Source: Massalongia carnosa (Eukaryota). From it: a DNA stretch of 64,000 nucleotides. The notes under the pieces were generated by a model. The model was given only the letters and a program-made list of their open reading frames with translations, was not told the origin of the DNA and made no database searches. Positions 61,116 to 64,000 of this stretch are shown in pieces. The position numbers were made by a program, and so were the translations under genes. Position 1 is the stretch's first letter, and every line of letters begins with the position of its first letter. The stretch is from positions 1,550,001 to 1,614,000 of the forward strand of contig OZ287080.1 in assembly GCA_965645245.1 (NCBI GenBank), given 5' to 3'.

Positions 61116-62800
61116 TCACAAATCAAAATCCACAGTGACGTTCCTGCTCGTTATCCATGGGTTACCCGCACGTTTAGGCACAGTCCACTCCTCAACCTGC
61201 GGGCCGTTTCCGGAGTCAAACATGATGTACACATTTCCGTCCCCTGTCACTCTATCGCTCATAGCTGCTAGAGAGAGATATGTCGTGTTCGTCTTCTGAA
61301 GAGGCTTGATCTCGGACGTGTGATCTACGAAGCCCGTCGTGCAATTCCACGCGCTCAAAACTAGAGAGCTGCGGTCCGGAACTGCGAAAATAATTAGGTT
61401 GGTCAAGGGTGTATTGTGCGTGCACTCCGGCAATGTGTTAGTTTTATACAAAGGCTGGTTGTCTTGCGCAACGACTGCGAGAGGGGATCGCGGTTCGACG
61501 GTTAGGCCGGTTGCTAATTTACGGTGTTAGAGGACTAAAGGTGACCATAGGGATCGAGACTGCGCTAGGTATTTACCAGATTCAGAGGTCAGGGAAACGA
61601 CGTTCTTGGGATCAAGATCAGTGTCACTGATTGTGTATTCATGCTGCCGCAAATTCTTGCCGTCATCAACTGTGTATAGCATGAGGTGCTTTCCGCTTCG
61701 ATAGCTCACGAGGGACATAGCGAACGTCGACCCTTTAGGATGTGAGAATCCGAAATTATTAGCAACCCACGGCTTGCTTGTCGTGCTGTTGCTGGTATAG
61801 CGTCCTTGAGTAAGGCCATCGACGAAATTTTCTTCCTGGAACAAAACAACCAGTTCTTGTGATACGTTTTGAATGTTCTGATTCCAGTAGGCAGTGAGAA
61901 AAGTAGAATTACCACCGGTATAGAGTCCGCTGAAATTATCATCTTCCCAGGCTTGGGAATCATTAGAGGGAGCCTGACGCTCGAAGAGCTCATCGTTAGT
62001 TGACATATAGTACACATTCTTGGCCTATGGATTGTTTATTAGCCAATAGCAGAGAATAAGAGATATGCGATACACACCAATGAGTAATTATAGCTAGCAT
62101 GGGGGTATCCGGCCGCTGCTGCGATAGGTGTACCGGGCTTGACAGCATTGCTGATCGCATTAACCTTCCATGCAGCACCGAAAGCAGTGCTGTTATCCCA
62201 AGCAGATTCTCGGATCTTGTCGCTGTTGTCTTGGTAATAGAGTCTTTTGTGCAATGTGCCATTGAGATCAGTCCATTGCATGGCTGCCAGGCCTGTATTC
62301 GCGTAATGTACTCGAGTCGTTGTTGGTGCTTGAGGAGCTGTTGAAGATGGAATATTTGTGGGAACAGTAGCATTCTGTTTTCTATTACGCACAGCGATAG
62401 TTCCACCGATACCACCACCTACTACACCTGCTATTAGGAGGACGAGTACCACGGGTAACAGTACAAAGAACGTCTTGCTCCTCAGGCCAAAGATTCTGCG
62501 CTCCTCTGTAGGACGTGATAATTCCGATTCCGATTCCACGTCATGTGCATCGACAACGACTGCTTGCTTGCCCACATCGTTGAAGCTGATGATCTTTTCC
62601 GATTGCGAGTCATATGCATCGACAACGACTGCTTGTTTGCCAACATCGTTGTAGCTGATGATCTTTTCATCCTTGGGATCTTGACCCACGATAGGAGCAG
62701 CCTTGCCATCATTCTCCAGGCAACAGTTGTAGTTTACCTCCAGAGTACTATATTTTGTGTTTCCTGGTGCCGGCACCAACAATGGCATCGAGCCTGCCAT
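61116..62800 (-). CDS. Type II membrane-anchored fungal fucose-specific-lectin-like beta-propeller protein, 3 exons
   Basis: RRIFGLR + TM helix + GGGIGG; blades such as TGLAAMQW..RLYYQDNSDKIRESAW..GTPIAA; introns about 62077-62025 and 61576-61514. Confidence 0.7.
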
Positions 62801-63750
62801 GAGATTTTTTGAACTAGCTACTCAACTGCCGGAAGTCTCTCGTTTCCTTCTCTAGTGAAGCGTGCCTAGGCAAACATGAACATACCGACTCCCTAAAACC
62901 ACTTTTTTCCTTCATCAAATTGAAAAAGTCATTATGACGGTACTAAAATATGTATCAAGCTGTAGTCATTATGATGGGATTGTAAACGAAAGAATGCTTC
63001 AATTTGACTATTTAAATGTGGGATGAGGATTGGGATGAAGAGATTCTGTTGGTCAAAGACCCTGCAATAAACATACTAATTAACGCAAAAGTGAAACAAC
63101 AGACATCGGGGCTACATGATTAGAACGGGTCGAGGACTGGCACAGTAAGCCTTGAAATCCGTAAAGCGATGTAGAGATTAGAGTAGATGTACGATGGTTG
63201 GCAGATATTTCTGTCTCCCTCTCTCAGGCTAACACAATCCGGCTTGATATCTTTTGTCAGATCACTATTATTAGTAAGCCTTCAAACTGATATCAAGCCG
63301 GATTTGATCGTCCCGAGAGGGGGCCAGTTCACCAGGCGAAAGGGAAAGGGACAAGACATTGTACTAGTAAGTATTGTAGTGCTTTAACTTCGACTCCGCG
63401 CGCCAAAGCCCAACATCGCGCTCATTAGCAAGCTTAAGTGAAACAGAAATTAAACCGATGCAAGGAATATCCACGCGCGGGATCCTGCAGGATCAGCCTC
63501 AAAAATTCCTAAACATAGAACAGGTTTCCGAGAGTTCACCTGGACCCTACCCAGTGGAGTTAAGTAAAGTCCGAAATTGGGCACTTTTTACTCGGCGATG
63601 AGGCTTCGTCGATCAAATACGTTGCGTATCAAACCTTCAGATATCGCCATGATGCAGTGTGTCATGCGGAAAACAAGGTGAAGCCAGCTGCTGTCTCTTG
63701 CGGCTCCGACAGTACGGGACTTGGAAATACACGCCCAAGTGCATCTCGCT

Positions 63751-64000
63751 ATGTTACTACTCATCCTACTCAATATCTGTGCCTTGATTGAGGCATTCCC
63801 GACAACATCCGAAGAGGTGTCGACTTCGAGCAACGCATCACTACTATGGGGCCCATATCGCCCCAACTTGTACCTTGGTATACGGCCACGAATACCAAAT
63901 TCGTTGCTTATAGGCTTGATGTGGTCCAATGCCGATAATCCTTCAGATATCTCGAAAAGTACGCATCGAGAAGACTCCAATCGCATTATTCTATCTACTA
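63751..64000 (+). CDS. Mannosyl-oligosaccharide glucosidase I (GH63, CWH41-like), 5' part, runs off the window
   Basis: Signal peptide MLLLILLNICALIEA then SNASLLWGPYRPNLYLGIRPRIPNSLLIGLMW; intron donor GTACGC at about 63959; absent from the ORF track because it is truncated by the window. Confidence 0.85.
   Translation, partial: MLLLILLNICALIEAFPTTSEEVSTSSNASLLWGPYRPNLYLGIRPRIPNSLLIGLMWSNADNPSDISKSTHREDSNRIILST

Noticed and set aside
63588..63986. 132-aa minus-strand ORF in the track
   Set aside because: Antisense shadow of the GH63 gene on the + strand.

Overview
Filamentous ascomycete (Pezizomycotina-type) nuclear DNA with short GT-AG introns and RIP-like C>T/G>A decay in repeats. Host genes: alpha/beta-hydrolase, PHD-finger protein, PIS1, PTC6-like PP2C, ADE1, a coiled-coil hypothetical, RBM39/PAD-1 splicing factor, SCS7, URA3/pyrG, a hybrid histidine kinase, an atypical 8-Cys hydrophobin, a membrane-anchored fucose-lectin-like protein, and the start of a GH63 glucosidase I. 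Mobile DNA: (1) a 1.4-kb deleted Fot1/pogo element; (2) a 3.25-kb TSD-flanked non-LTR retroelement; (3) a 6.9-kb three-gene DNA transposon with 44-bp TIRs, a TTAA duplication and a CACTA/Plavaka-like transposase; (4) solo LTRs; (5) a decayed DUF3435 Starship-captain-like recombinase. The most novel-looking signal is the non-coding 5' 1.9 kb of the retroelement. It carries four copies of a covarying T-arm-plus-bulge RNA motif and a ~370-nt multi-hairpin block, which are candidate new ribozymes or cis-acting RNAs. All calls come from reading the sequence by eye; no database searches or folding programs were run.
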